Source of the DNA: Candidatus Dormibacteria bacterium
GTDB lineage: Bacteria > Chloroflexota > Dormibacteria > Aeolococcales > Aeolococcaceae
Reading direction: 5' to 3'
DNA length: 64,000 bases
NCBI GenBank assembly: GCA_050012735.1
Contig: JBEKGP010000003.1
Location: 13,149 to 77,148 of the forward strand
Shown piece by piece: positions 16,635-27,170 of the stretch; positions within the stretch are counted from its first letter, which is position 1, and the number at the start of each line of letters is the position of its first letter. Position numbers and translations under genes: made by a program. The notes under the pieces were generated by a model. The model was not told where the DNA came from, searched no databases, and saw only the letters and a program-made list of their open reading frames with translations.

Positions 16635-18584
16635 GTGTCCATGCCACGGCCCGCGGGGGGAAAAGGACGCTACATGGCGGGCCTCGACGGCCTGCGTGCC
16701 GTCGCCGTGCTCGCCGTCGTGCTCTATCACCTGAACGTCGGCTGGGCGTCGGGCGGGTTGCTGGGAGTCGGCGTCTTCTTTGTCCTCTCCGGGTACCTCA
16801 TCACCGACCTGCTGCTGGCCGAGCGTGAGCGAGAGGGTGCGATCGCTCTGGGTCGCTTCTGGCTGCGCCGGGCGCGGCGCCTGCTCCCAGCACTCTGGGT
16901 GATGCTGGTGGTGGTCACCCTCTGGATCGCGTTCCTCGATCCCGCGCAGCTGGGGGGCCTTCGTGGCGCCCTGGTCGCGGCCCTTCTCTACTTCAGCAAT
17001 TGGTGGTACGCGTTCCAGCACGTCTCGTATTTCGCGAGCTTTGGGGCGCCCTCGCCACTCGGCCATCTCTGGTCGCTGGCGGTCGAGGAGCAGTTTTACC
17101 TGCTCTGGCCACTGCTCCTCATCCTGGCCACCCGATTCCTGCACCGGCGCTGGCTGCTGGTAGGCCTAGTGGTCGCGGGCGTGATCGCCTCCGCCTGGGC
17201 GATGGCCACAATCTTCCAGCCGGGCAGCGATCCCACCCGCGTCTACGAGGGCACGGACACTCGAGCGTTCCAGCTGCTCATCGGTGCCTCCCTGGCATTG
17301 GTCTGGCCGAGCCGCCGGCTGGCCCCCATCTCGGCGCTCCGGCGCCGCGGCCTCGATGCCCTGGGCGCGGTCGGGATGGTCGTCATCGTCGTCATGATGA
17401 TGGACACCAACGAATACGAGACCTTCCTCTACCGCGGTGGCATGGTGATCCTCTCCCTCGCCACGGTGGCGGTGGTCGCCGTGCTCGCCCATCCGTCGAC
17501 GCTCCTCGGCCGGATTCTCGGTGCCCCGCCGCTGCGCTGGATCGGGGTGCGGTCCTACGGCATCTACCTCTGGCACTACCCGATCATCGTGCTCACGTCT
17601 CCGGTCGTCGGCACTCCCGGCCCGCTGCTGACCCTGGCCCAGGTGGGTGCGACCGTGGCGGTGGCGGCGCTCTCCTGGCGCTTCGTCGAGGAACCGATCC
17701 GCAAGCACGGGTTCCGCGGCGTCTTCGCCGGCCTCACGGCGCCTCGCTGGTCGGTGAGGGGCGTCCCCACCGGCCTCTGGGCCGGCGCGGCGGCCGCCCT
17801 CCTCGTGCTGGCCGCTTCCGGGGTGGGACTCTCAGGGATCGTGCCGGCCACTCCGACGGCGAGCCTACTCGCGCTGCCCCCGACTCTGGTGGAGGCCCCG
17901 AGCTCCGTTCCCGCCGCGGCTCCGGACGTCCAGGCGCTGCCCCCCGACGCGTGCGGGACCATGGCCCCGGTGGCGGCGGCCGCGCCCGTCTCCACGCCGA
18001 CCGGATCGCCTCCCACGCCCAGCTCGGTGGCGGTCACCGTCGTCGGGGACTCGATCATGATCGACGTCGCTCCTGAGCTGCATGCCCTGCTGCCCAACGC
18101 CTACATCACCGGGCAGGTCTCGCGGCCGATGTCGGCGCTCCCCGGGGTCCTAGCGCAGCTCAGCGCCTCCGGTGAGCTCTACTCCCGCCTCGTCGTCGAG
18201 CTGGGCACCAACGGTCCGAGCTGGGACCCCAATCAGATCGCCGCGGTGCTCAACTCTCTGCACCTGCAGCAGGTGGTGCTCGTGAATGCCGGCAACGATC
18301 CCGCGCACCCCGATTGGCCGGCGATCATCAATCAGCAGCTTCTCCAGGTCGCCGCCGCCGTCCCCGGCACCACGATCGTGGACTGGTACACGGCGAGCGC
18401 GGGGCACCCGGAGGACTTCATGTGGGGCGACCTCTCGGGTGACGGGATCCACCCCGGGCCCACCGGCTCCGAGGCCATGGCCGTCCTGATCACCGAGGCG
18501 GTGGAATCCTGGCCCCCGCCATCGGCGTCGCCCACAGCGTCAGCCGGCCCAGCCTTCCCTCACGGGCTGCGCTGCCCCGCGTGA
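16635..18584 (+). CDS. acyltransferase family 3 (OafA/YrhL-like) fused to a C-terminal SGNH domain
   Basis: The N-terminus contains LDGLRAVAVLAVVLYHL, followed by about 10 TM segments. The C-terminal domain contains VVGDS and DGIHP (SGNH blocks I and V). Confidence 0.9.
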   Translation: MSMPRPAGGKGRYMAGLDGLRAVAVLAVVLYHLNVGWASGGLLGVGVFFVLSGYLITDLLLAEREREGAIALGRFWLRRARRLLPALWVMLVVVTLWIAFLDPAQLGGLRGALVAALLYFSNWWYAFQHVSYFASFGAPSPLGHLWSLAVEEQFYLLWPLLLILATRFLHRRWLLVGLVVAGVIASAWAMATIFQPGSDPTRVYEGTDTRAFQLLIGASLALVWPSRRLAPISALRRRGLDALGAVGMVVIVVMMMDTNEYETFLYRGGMVILSLATVAVVAVLAHPSTLLGRILGAPPLRWIGVRSYGIYLWHYPIIVLTSPVVGTPGPLLTLAQVGATVAVAALSWRFVEEPIRKHGFRGVFAGLTAPRWSVRGVPTGLWAGAAAALLVLAASGVGLSGIVPATPTASLLALPPTLVEAPSSVPAAAPDVQALPPDACGTMAPVAAAAPVSTPTGSPPTPSSVAVTVVGDSIMIDVAPELHALLPNAYITGQVSRPMSALPGVLAQLSASGELYSRLVVELGTNGPSWDPNQIAAVLNSLHLQQVVLVNAGNDPAHPDWPAIINQQLLQVAAAVPGTTIVDWYTASAGHPEDFMWGDLSGDGIHPGPTGSEAMAVLITEAVESWPPPSASPTASAGPAFPHGLRCPA

Positions 18585-18603
18585 GGCCCGGCCCGCCCCG
18601 GGG

Positions 18604-19203
18604 TCAGATGAGGTGCGCCTTCCAGGCGATCAGCACGGCGGCGGCGCGGTCGCTGCAGCCGAGCTTGGCGAAGATGTTGCTCACGTGGGTCTTCACCGTG
18701 TTCTCGCTCACGAAGAGGCGCTTTCCGATCTGGGCGTTGTTGCAGTGCTCCGCCATCAGCCGCAGCACGTCCAGCTCGCGCGTGGTCAGGCTGTACGCCG
18801 GGGGGCTGTGGGACATGAGCGTCGGATCGAGCAGCGATTCCCCGGCGGCGACGGCGCGGATGGCGTTGGCCAGCTCCGCCAGGCTCGCGTCCTTGAGCAG
18901 GTAACCGCGGGCTCCGGCCTGCAGCGAGGGGAAGATGTAGTCCTCGTTGCGGTAGGTGGTCAGGACGATCACCTTGGCCTCCGGATCTTCGGCACGGATC
19001 CGCCGGATGGCTTCGATGCCGTCGATGTTGGGCATCTGGACGTCCATGAGGATGATGTCGGGGTGGGTCTCGCGGGCTCGCTCGATCGCCTCCGCGCCGT
19101 CCGTCGCCCGCGCCACCACCCGGATGTCGTCCTCGACCTCCAGCATGGTGCAGAGCCCGTGAAGGACCACGGGATGGTCGTCGGCGACGAGGACCCTGAT
19201 CAC
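18604..19203 (-). CDS. NarL/LuxR-family response regulator
   Basis: It has a receiver domain (IRVLVADDHP...DIILMDVQMPNIDG) and a C-terminal LuxR HTH (LTTRELDVLRLMAEHCNNAQIGKRLFVSENTVKTHVSNIFAKL). It overlaps the kinase stop. Confidence 0.95.
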   Translation of the reverse strand: MIRVLVADDHPVVLHGLCTMLEVEDDIRVVARATDGAEAIERARETHPDIILMDVQMPNIDGIEAIRRIRAEDPEAKVIVLTTYRNEDYIFPSLQAGARGYLLKDASLAELANAIRAVAAGESLLDPTLMSHSPPAYSLTTRELDVLRLMAEHCNNAQIGKRLFVSENTVKTHVSNIFAKLGCSDRAAAVLIAWKAHLI

Positions 19204-21920
19204 ACCGGCACCGCCGTCGTGGGGGTGGCGCCACCCTTCCCCGCGTCCGCGGCGACCGGCAGATCCACCGTGATGGTGGTGCCCCGGCCGGAGACGCTCG
19301 CCACCTGGAAGGTCCCTCCCGCGATGCGGACCCTCTCGGCCATCCCGACGATGCCGAAAGAGCCGAGCGGCAGCGCCGAGGTGTCAAAGCCGTGGCCGTT
19401 GTCCCTCACCGTCAGCTCGACGTGGTCGCCGAGGTTGCGCAGGCGCACCGTGACGCGGGAGGCTCCACTGTGAGCCGCGATGTTGGCGAGTGCTTGCTGG
19501 GTGATGCGGAGGAGTGTGACCTCCGACTGTGGTCGGAGCGCGGGCGGGGGCACCATGTGCTCGGCCCGCAACCGCGCCGCGATCCCAGTGCGATGCCGGA
19601 ACCGCTCCACCTCGTTCTCGGCGGCGGCCACCAGTCCGGTCGAGCTGAGCGGGGCCGGGCGGAGGTCCCAGACCGAGCGCCGCGCCTCCGCCAGGGCCGA
19701 GCGGGCCAGCTCCTGGGCCGACGCCAGGGCGGGGAGGGACCGGTCCGGATCCCTGCTCACCAGGGCCTGGGCCGCCTCGAGCTGGATCACGATGCCGGTG
19801 AGCTGCTGGGCAAGCGTGTCGTGGATCTCGCGGGCCAGCCGGGCCCGCTCCTCCAGGACGGCCATCTCCCGGCCCTCTTCGGAGAGGCGGGCGGTGCTGA
19901 GGGCCAGCCCGACCTGGTTGCCGACGGCCATCAGCAATGCCGCCATCTCGGGCCCGGGCGCGCTGCTGGTGCGCAGGCCGAGGGCCCCCAGCGGGCCGGC
20001 GCCGGTTCCCATGGGAATCCCGATCAGGACCCCGTCCCCGTCCGCGCGGTTGATCAGCTGGTTACCGGTGATCGCGGCCACGGCGACCTCCTCCAGGCGG
20101 GGACTGGCGTCATCCCCCTCGGCCCGGCTCGCCGTCAAGCCCTCCCGACTGATCCGGAAGCCGCGGCCTCCGGTGGTGGGCAGGACCGCCCGGACGGCGT
20201 CCAGCGCCCCCGCCAGAATCGCCTCGGGGTCCAGCGATCGGGTGAGCGACCCGGCCAGCTCGTTGAGGGCGAGCAGCTCCTCGTTGCGGACACTCAGCTC
20301 CGCGGTGCGTCTCGCCACCTTCTGCTCCAGCTCCCGGCTGGCGGCCAGGATCACCTCCCGTGAGGCGTTGATCTCCCGGCGCATCCGCTCCAGGGAGTCC
20401 GCCAGATCGCCGACCTCGTCCCCGCCCTGAGGCGGCACGTTTTCATCGGTGTGGCCCTCGGCCAGCCGCTCCGCCGAGGCCGTCAGCGCCCGGACCGGTG
20501 CAACCACGAAGCGGGAGAGCACCGTGGCCAGGACGAAGGACGCCAGCAGCAGCAGCACGACGATCCAGATGGCGCCCTGGACGATGCTGTTGAGCTTCTG
20601 GCTGATCGCCAGACCGAGAGCGGTCTTGTTGGGCTCGAAGTTTGCCTTGGGGGCGGAATCGACGAGGATCCATCCCGGGACGGTGGTGACGGGGGCGACG
20701 AAGAAGAGACGTTCCACCCCTCCCACCGTCTCGTCGATCGGGGGAATGCCGGCGTCACCGTTCTCGGCGGCCTTCAGGGCGGCCAGCAGGTTCGACCCGT
20801 CCTTGCCGACCGGCCGGGGGAGCTGCCGGCCAACCTGGAGGCTCGCCGTGAAGTCCTTGCCGGTATCCGGCGACCCGGCGATCACCTGATTCCAGGTCGA
20901 GGTGCTGTGGCCGAGGAGGAGAGGGTAGGAGCCGGTCTCCGAAGGCGCCTCCGAGATCTGGCCCGCGAATTGGGCGAGAGGCACGTCGGCCCCCACCACC
21001 AGGCCCTCCCCGATCTCGGCGTAGACGGTCACCACCCAGGCATTGGTCTGGAGCAGGTTCTGGTACGGCAACGTCCAGCCCGCCTGGATGGTCGCGGCCG
21101 GCGTCTGGGGGGAGGTGGTGGAGCTGCCCAACCCACTGAGGAGGCCTGTCGGGATTCCCTGGGGATTGCCCGCCAACCCCTGCACCTGGGGCACCGGGAC
21201 GTCCCCCGGGCTCACCCAGACAGCATTGTCGGTCTCGTCCATGATCCAGACCGCGTCGACCGAGCTTCCCACCTTGGCGACGTCGGCCAGCTGCTTGTCC
21301 GCGAAAGCGCTGAGACTCGCCAGCGGCTCCGCCCGGGACTGCACACCCTGGTTGCTCGAGGTGGTTCCGACGAGCAGCTCGGCAGCCGTTGACGAGACGG
21401 TCGTGACCTCCCAGACGCCTGGTCCCACCTCCGAGTACGTGAGATCGTTGGTGGCCGCGGGCGTGCTGGTGGGAGCGGGGTTGACGGAGGGGGACGGGCT
21501 CGCCGTGACCGTCGGACTGCTGGTGGCGGCGGGGCTGCCAGTGGCCGACGGGCTGCCGGACGTGCCGGCGCCCGCGGCTCCCGGTGACGGAGTGGGCGCC
21601 GCCGCCTTGGTGGTCGCCGTGGCCAGCGCGGCAGCAAGCACTGCCACCTTGCCCTGCAGCGCCTGCAGGTTGCCGTTGATGTCGGTGCTGGCGGTCCCGG
21701 CGAGCTCGCTCTGGAACGTGTTTTCCTGGTTGGTCACGAGGCCGGCGACGGCGCTGTTGACGGTGCTCTGGGTGATCCCGTGCAGGTCGACCGCAGTGAG
21801 CACGAAGAAGGCGCCGGCCGGCACCAGGGCGACCACGAGCATGGCGGCGAGGAGCCGGTCACGCAGCCGCCGTCGGGGATTGAACAGGGACAGCGTCAGT
21901 CGAGGACGCTTCATTCCCAC
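19200..21920 (-). CDS. sensor histidine kinase (TM, large extracytoplasmic domain, HAMP, GAF, HisKA_3, HATPase)
   Basis: 906 aa. It has two TM segments, the H-box REIHDTLAQQL typical of NarX/DesK-type kinases, and a C-terminal ATPase with DNGHGF and G-x-G boxes. Confidence 0.9.
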   Translation of the reverse strand: MGMKRPRLTLSLFNPRRRLRDRLLAAMLVVALVPAGAFFVLTAVDLHGITQSTVNSAVAGLVTNQENTFQSELAGTASTDINGNLQALQGKVAVLAAALATATTKAAAPTPSPGAAGAGTSGSPSATGSPAATSSPTVTASPSPSVNPAPTSTPAATNDLTYSEVGPGVWEVTTVSSTAAELLVGTTSSNQGVQSRAEPLASLSAFADKQLADVAKVGSSVDAVWIMDETDNAVWVSPGDVPVPQVQGLAGNPQGIPTGLLSGLGSSTTSPQTPAATIQAGWTLPYQNLLQTNAWVVTVYAEIGEGLVVGADVPLAQFAGQISEAPSETGSYPLLLGHSTSTWNQVIAGSPDTGKDFTASLQVGRQLPRPVGKDGSNLLAALKAAENGDAGIPPIDETVGGVERLFFVAPVTTVPGWILVDSAPKANFEPNKTALGLAISQKLNSIVQGAIWIVVLLLLASFVLATVLSRFVVAPVRALTASAERLAEGHTDENVPPQGGDEVGDLADSLERMRREINASREVILAASRELEQKVARRTAELSVRNEELLALNELAGSLTRSLDPEAILAGALDAVRAVLPTTGGRGFRISREGLTASRAEGDDASPRLEEVAVAAITGNQLINRADGDGVLIGIPMGTGAGPLGALGLRTSSAPGPEMAALLMAVGNQVGLALSTARLSEEGREMAVLEERARLAREIHDTLAQQLTGIVIQLEAAQALVSRDPDRSLPALASAQELARSALAEARRSVWDLRPAPLSSTGLVAAAENEVERFRHRTGIAARLRAEHMVPPPALRPQSEVTLLRITQQALANIAAHSGASRVTVRLRNLGDHVELTVRDNGHGFDTSALPLGSFGIVGMAERVRIAGGTFQVASVSGRGTTITVDLPVAADAGKGGATPTTAVPV

Positions 21921-22090
21921 CTCACCGGACCGAGTCGATGATCAGCCCCGAGTATACGGCCGCCCCTCGGGCCACCAGAACGCGCCAATCGGTACACGGT
22001 CGTGAAGTCCTCGGCGGCCGAGCCCCTAGAGTCACGGATGCGTGAGCAGATTCCCGACAGCAGCCGTGCGCCGTCCGCGATGAACCGCCG

Positions 22091-23533
22091 ATGAGAGAGA
22101 TCGCCGACCTGGCCATCGACGTCGCCGTGTCCAGCGGTGCGACCTACGCGGACTGCCGCGTCGTCCAGCGTGGCATCCAGGCGCTGACGGTCAAGGGCGC
22201 GCGGTTCGCGGAGGTCTCCTCTTTCGAGGATGAGGGGATGGGCATTCGGGCGCTCGTCGACGGGGCGTGGGGCTTTGCCAGTGTCGACCGCCTCGACTCC
22301 GAGAGTCTCCGCGATGCGGCCCGCCTCGCCTGCCGGATCGCGCGTGCCTCGGCGCGGCTCCGCCGCCAGCCTGTGCGTCTTGCCTCCGCACCGGTCGCGA
22401 CCGGCGAGTACGTGACGCCCATGGAGCGTGACCCCTTCGAGGTCAGCCTCGAGGAGAAGATGGATCTGCTGATCCGTACCGACGAGGCGATGGCGGCGGT
22501 GGCCGGGGTGACCACCCACGAGGCTTCCCTCGAGTTCGTGCGCGAGCATCGCCTCTTCGCGAGCAGCGAGGGATCGCTGCTCGACCAGGTCATCGTCGAG
22601 TCTGGAGGCGGCATGGACGCGACCGCCACCAGCGACGACGACGTCCAGACGCGCAGCTTCCCCAACAGCTTTGGGCGCCACCAGCTCTGCGCCGGCTACG
22701 AGGCGATCGCCGCCATGGACCTCGCCGGCAACGCCTCCCGCATCGCCACCGAGGCGGTCGCGCTGCTGAGCGCTCCGCCCTGCCCGACCGGGAGGATGAC
22801 GCTGATCCTCGATGGCACGCAGGCCGCTCTCCAGGTCCACGAGTCCTGCGGGCACCCCACCGAGCTGGACCGTGTCCGTGGGGACGAGGCCGCCTACGCC
22901 GGGACCTCCTTCCTCACCCCCGACCTGCTCGGACGCTTCCGCTACGGGAGCGAGCAGGTGACGATCACCGCCGACGCCACCACGCCCGGGGGTCTCGGCA
23001 CCTTCGGCTGGGACGACGAAGGGGTGGCGGCGCAGCGGACGGTCCTGGTGGACCGTGGGGTGTTCCGAGGCTACATGTCGTCGCGAGAGACCGCGGCCGA
23101 GTACGGCTGGGCGAGCACCGGGGCGATGCGAGCCGAATCCTGGAACCGCATCCCCCTCATCCGGATGACCAACGTCAACCTCGAACCGGGCGACTCCAGC
23201 CTGGAGGAGATGATCGCCGGCACCGAGCACGGCGTCTACCTGGAGACGAACCGCTCCTGGAGCATCGACGACCGCCGCCTCAACTTCCAGTTCGGGACCC
23301 AGAACGGGTGGGAGATCCGGGACGGCAAGCGCCTCCGCCTGGTCAAGAACGCGCTCTATCGGGGGCGGACTCCCGAGTTCTGGCGGTCCTGCGACGCCGT
23401 CGCCGGTCCCTCCGAATGGAGGCCGTGGGGCGTCGTCAACTGCGGCAAGGGGCAGCCGGGCCAGGTCATCCACGTCGGCCATGGCGCCGCGCCCTGCCGA
23501 TTCCGCGGCGTGTCGGTGACGGCGGCGTCGTGA
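22091..23533 (+). CDS. tldD: TldD family metalloprotease
   Basis: 480 aa. It carries the HESCGHP zinc motif and the C-terminal GxC...G pattern of the PmbA_TldD family. Confidence 0.9.
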   Translation: MREIADLAIDVAVSSGATYADCRVVQRGIQALTVKGARFAEVSSFEDEGMGIRALVDGAWGFASVDRLDSESLRDAARLACRIARASARLRRQPVRLASAPVATGEYVTPMERDPFEVSLEEKMDLLIRTDEAMAAVAGVTTHEASLEFVREHRLFASSEGSLLDQVIVESGGGMDATATSDDDVQTRSFPNSFGRHQLCAGYEAIAAMDLAGNASRIATEAVALLSAPPCPTGRMTLILDGTQAALQVHESCGHPTELDRVRGDEAAYAGTSFLTPDLLGRFRYGSEQVTITADATTPGGLGTFGWDDEGVAAQRTVLVDRGVFRGYMSSRETAAEYGWASTGAMRAESWNRIPLIRMTNVNLEPGDSSLEEMIAGTEHGVYLETNRSWSIDDRRLNFQFGTQNGWEIRDGKRLRLVKNALYRGRTPEFWRSCDAVAGPSEWRPWGVVNCGKGQPGQVIHVGHGAAPCRFRGVSVTAAS

Positions 23534-24861
23534 TCAGTCCCGCGTATCCCGACGATCCCCTGGCGCTCGCCGACTCGATCCTCGAGCGGGTGGGGCGAGA
23601 TGGCGCCGAGGTGACGGTGGTTCACCGCCAGGAGGCGCTCACTCGATTTGCCCGCAACCAGATCCACCAGAACGTGGCCGAGAGCTCGCGCCGGGTGCGA
23701 CTGCGCCTCATGGGCGACCAGCAGGTCGGGATTGCGGAGATCCGTGGCGAGATCGACGATCTGCAGGGGCGGCTGATCGCGGCGGCCGAGGCGGCCCGCG
23801 AGCTGGCCCCCGATGGCGACGTCACGCCACTGCCCCGCCCCGACGCCGGATCGGACGGTCCGGTTGCCCACTCCCCGGCCACCGCCGCGTGCACCCCGGA
23901 ATGGCGGGCGGGGCAGGTGGGGACGGTCGCCGCCGTCAGCGCCGTGGCCGGCTTCGAGGCCTTCGGGGCGCTCCAGACGTCACTGACCCAGACGGCCATC
24001 GCCAACAGCCAGGGCGTACGGCGTCACGCCGCGACCACCGCGACCAGCCTGATCTGCGTGGCCCGCGGAGAGAACGGTTGGGGGTACGCCGACCGCCACC
24101 ACCATGACATCCGCCGCCTCGATGCGGAACAGGTGGCCCAGGAGGCGGTCGAGACCTGTGGCCGCAACCAGCAGGCCGTCGCCCTGGACCCGGGCGTCTA
24201 CCCGGTCGTGCTCTCCCCCTATGCGGTCGCCGATCTCGTGGGACACCTGGCCGATCTCGGATTCAGCGCCCTGGCCCACCAGGAGCACCGGAGCTTCATG
24301 CGCCCCGGAGAGCGGCTGATGAGCCAGCTGGTGAGCATCGCCGACGACGCCGGCCATCCCGACGCCATGCCGTTCCCCTTCGATGACGAGGGGGTGTCGA
24401 CGCGGGGCGTCAGCTGCATCGAGGAGGGGGTCTGCCGGAGCTTCGTGCACGACAGCGCCACCGCACTCAGGGAGGATGTCCCGTCCACTGGCCATGCCCT
24501 CCCCATGCCCAACACCTTCGGCCCCTGGGCCCGTCACCTGGTGGTCGCAAGCGGGGAGCGCAGCCTTGACGACCTCATCGCGGCCTGCGACCACGGCCTC
24601 TACGTCACCCGCCTCTGGTACGTGCGCGACGTCCACCCGCTCCGGACGGTGATCACCGGGATGACCCGGGACGGCACCTTCCTGATCGAGAACGGGCGTC
24701 TGGGGCGCCCGGTCCGCGACCTCCGGTTCACCCAGAGCATCGTGGATGCCCTCTCCGACGTGAGGGGCGTCGGCCGGGAGAGATCCATCGAGCTGGACGA
24801 GAGCGAGCGCGCCCTGCTCGTCCCCGCCCTGGCCCTGGGCAGCTTCAGCTTCACCTCCTGA
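23530..24861 (+). CDS. pmbA: PmbA/TldE family protein (TldD partner)
   Basis: It belongs to the same fold family but lacks the HExxxH motif. The GTG at 23530 overlaps the tldD stop (GTGA). The track ORF start at 23308 lies inside tldD. Confidence 0.85.
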   Translation: MISPAYPDDPLALADSILERVGRDGAEVTVVHRQEALTRFARNQIHQNVAESSRRVRLRLMGDQQVGIAEIRGEIDDLQGRLIAAAEAARELAPDGDVTPLPRPDAGSDGPVAHSPATAACTPEWRAGQVGTVAAVSAVAGFEAFGALQTSLTQTAIANSQGVRRHAATTATSLICVARGENGWGYADRHHHDIRRLDAEQVAQEAVETCGRNQQAVALDPGVYPVVLSPYAVADLVGHLADLGFSALAHQEHRSFMRPGERLMSQLVSIADDAGHPDAMPFPFDDEGVSTRGVSCIEEGVCRSFVHDSATALREDVPSTGHALPMPNTFGPWARHLVVASGERSLDDLIAACDHGLYVTRLWYVRDVHPLRTVITGMTRDGTFLIENGRLGRPVRDLRFTQSIVDALSDVRGVGRERSIELDESERALLVPALALGSFSFTS

Positions 24862-25312
24862 GGCGCGGGTTCCAGGCGTCGGGGTCGTCGGTGAGCTCGT
24901 TCACGGAGTCGGGGAGCCTGCCCAGGACCACGTCCTCCAGCGTCACCAGCTCGAGCACGCGCCGGAGGCTCCCTCGCACCGCCACCCACACGGTCTGGAG
25001 ATGCTCGGCCGCCCCCTTGTAGGCCGTCATCTCCGGACGCAGGCCGCGGACCTCGGCGAGGGGGCCTTCGAGCACCCGGATGACGTCGGCCACGGTGATG
25101 TCCGATGCCGGCCGGGCGAGGTGGTAGCCGCCCTGGGTTCCCCGCCGGCTGCTCACCAGTCCCCCCCGGTGGAGCTCGGTGAGGATCGTCCCCAGGAATT
25201 TGGTGGGAATGCCCTGGGCCTCGGCGAGCTCCTGACCTGTGAGGGGCGTGTCCGCGGTGGCCAGGGTGAGCAGGGCGCGCATGCCGTAGTCGACCTTAGC
25301 CGGGATGTGCAT
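24851..25312 (-). CDS. Rrf2 family transcriptional regulator
   Basis: The N-terminus is MHIPAKVDYGMRALLTLA with the HTH LAEAQGIPTKFLGTILTELHRGGLV. 153 aa. No obvious 3-Cys cluster was seen. Confidence 0.9.
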   Translation of the reverse strand: MHIPAKVDYGMRALLTLATADTPLTGQELAEAQGIPTKFLGTILTELHRGGLVSSRRGTQGGYHLARPASDITVADVIRVLEGPLAEVRGLRPEMTAYKGAAEHLQTVWVAVRGSLRRVLELVTLEDVVLGRLPDSVNELTDDPDAWNPRLRR

Positions 25313-25366
25313 CTGCGGATTGTGGCTCGATGCGGGCCGGAGGGGTCAGCGGATCACGCGGAGGGG

Positions 25367-26305
25367 TCAGCCGACCTCGCCGGTCACGTAGGCACGGGTC
25401 CGCTGGTCGCGCGGGCTGTCGAAGATCTCAGCGGTGGGCCCGACCTCGACGAGCTCGCCCACCCGGTCGTCGCCGAGCAGGAAGACGGCGGTGCGGTTGG
25501 CCACCCGGCGCGCCTCGAACATGTTGTGGGTGACCAGGACGATGGTCACATCCGAGGCCAGGTGGATGATCAGGTCCTCGATCTTGGCGGTGGCGATGGG
25601 GTCGAGCGCCGAGCACGGCTCGTCCATCAGCAGGATCTCCGGCTCCACCGCCAGGGCGCGGGCGATGCAGAGGCGCTGCTGCTGGCCGCCCGAGAGCTTC
25701 ATCGCCGGCTGGTGGAGCCGGTCCTTCACCACGTCCCACAGGGCGGCGTGGTGCAGTGCCGTCTCGGCGGCGTCGCGCAGCAGGGCCTTGCCGTGCACCC
25801 CGTTGAAGCGCAGACCGGAGACGACGTTCTCGAAGATGCTCATGGCGGGGAAGGGGTTGGGCCGCTGGAAGACCATGCCGATCCGGGTGCGCACCAGCTC
25901 GGGCCGGGTGCTCGCCGCATAGAGGTCGAGGTCGCCGAGCTTGATGGAGCCCTCCACCCGTCCTCCGGTGTGGTCGTGGAGGCGGTTGATGGCCCGGAGC
26001 AGGGTGGTCTTGCCGCACCCGGAGGGGCCGATCAGCGCCGTCACCTCGCGGCTCGGCATGGACAGGGTGACGTCGCGTACCGCGACGTGATCGCCGAACG
26101 ACACCCGGACGCCCTCCAGGGTCAGGGTCGGCGTCGTCGCCGCGGAAGCACCGTTGTGCGGGGACGATGGGGGACCGGCGAGGGGCAGCGGGTCGCCGCC
26201 GCGACTCGTCACAGCGGTGGTGCCTCCGTTGTGGTTGCCTCCGTGGGTCGGTCCGACGCTCACGGCGGTGAGCGCCGCGGGCAGGCGGGGTTGCTCTGCA
26301 GACAT
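25367..26305 (-). CDS. pstB: phosphate ABC transporter ATP-binding protein
   Basis: Walker [10 protein letters not shown], the signature [15 protein letters not shown], Walker B ILLMDEP and the PstB-type C-terminus are present. An unusual ~50-aa low-complexity N-terminal extension is also present. Confidence 0.95.
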   Translation of the reverse strand: MSAEQPRLPAALTAVSVGPTHGGNHNGGTTAVTSRGGDPLPLAGPPSSPHNGASAATTPTLTLEGVRVSFGDHVAVRDVTLSMPSREVTALIGPSGCGKTTLLRAINRLHDHTGGRVEGSIKLGDLDLYAASTRPELVRTRIGMVFQRPNPFPAMSIFENVVSGLRFNGVHGKALLRDAAETALHHAALWDVVKDRLHQPAMKLSGGQQQRLCIARALAVEPEILLMDEPCSALDPIATAKIEDLIIHLASDVTIVLVTHNMFEARRVANRTAVFLLGDDRVGELVEVGPTAEIFDSPRDQRTRAYVTGEVG

Positions 26306-26306
26306 G

Positions 26307-27170
26307 TCAGTGTGCCCTCCTCGAGATGCGCCACGCGGCGAGCCTCGCCGCGACGCTCAGCAGCAGGACGAAGGCGAGCAGCACCAGGGCCGTGGCCCAC
26401 GCCGTCCTCTGAGCGGCTCCAAACGCCTGAGTCCCATCGGTGTAGATCAACAGGGTCATCGCCGCGAACGGCGTGGCCAGGGTGAACAGCAGGGGGGCGG
26501 TCTCACCCACCGCCCGCGCGATGGCCAGCAGGTTGCCGGTCACCAGATCGGGGAGGGCACCGCGGAGGACGACCGACCTGGCCACACGCCCGCGTCGCGC
26601 CCCCAGAGCGATGCCCGCCTCCCAGAGGTCGAGCGCGATCGTCCGCATCGCCTCCTCGTCGGACCGGATCATGATCGGCAGCATCAGCACCGCGAGTGCG
26701 AACGCCGCCGCCAGGATGCCGAACTGGTGCAGGGGGAGAACCAGCACCGCGTAGGCGAAGATGCCGATGATGATCGAGGGCACCCCGGTCAGGACGTCGG
26801 CGCTGAAGCGGAGCGCACCGGCCAGCTTCCCGCTGCGCTCGAAGAGGAAGAGGGCGGCGAGGAGCGAAGTCGGGATCGCCAAGACGACGGCCAGCCCGAC
26901 GATCTCCGCGGTGCCGGCGATGGCGGTCGAGATGCCGCCTCCGGGAATGAACGGCGGGGTCGGGGCATGGCTCAGGAACGCCCAGGAGAGGGTCCCGATC
27001 CCCCGGCTGATCGTGTAGTAGATCAGGGCCGCCAGCGGGGCCACCGCCGCGACGGCGGCGACCACGCACAGCCCTTGAAAGATGCGTCCGACGACATGGC
27101 GACGCCCCAGCGACCGGCGGGCCGCGGTGCGGACCAGCTCGCGCCGGCTCGGGGCAAGGAGGACGGTCAT
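26307..27170 (-). CDS. pstA: phosphate ABC transporter permease PstA
   Basis: 288 aa from the ATG at 27170, which overlaps the pstC stop (ATGA). An EAA-like loop ([20 protein letters not shown]) is present. Confidence 0.9.
   Translation of the reverse strand: MTVLLAPSRRELVRTAARRSLGRRHVVGRIFQGLCVVAAVAAVAPLAALIYYTISRGIGTLSWAFLSHAPTPPFIPGGGISTAIAGTAEIVGLAVVLAIPTSLLAALFLFERSGKLAGALRFSADVLTGVPSIIIGIFAYAVLVLPLHQFGILAAAFALAVLMLPIMIRSDEEAMRTIALDLWEAGIALGARRGRVARSVVLRGALPDLVTGNLLAIARAVGETAPLLFTLATPFAAMTLLIYTDGTQAFGAAQRTAWATALVLLAFVLLLSVAARLAAWRISRRAH

Noticed and set aside
20900-21650. Ser/Thr/Pro/Ala-rich stretches in the sensor kinase, considered as possible DNA tandem repeats. The anti-sigma factor has similar stretches at 59250..60000.
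   Set aside because: They are compositionally biased linkers without a fixed nucleotide period, unlike the true 33-bp array at 40313..40510.
25338-25371. A 13-nt direct repeat CGGAGGGGTCAGC (21-nt period) spanning the pstB stop codon, upstream of the Rrf2 gene.
   Set aside because: It is short and GC-rich, and one copy is simply the end of pstB. It is too weak to call a regulator site without comparative data.
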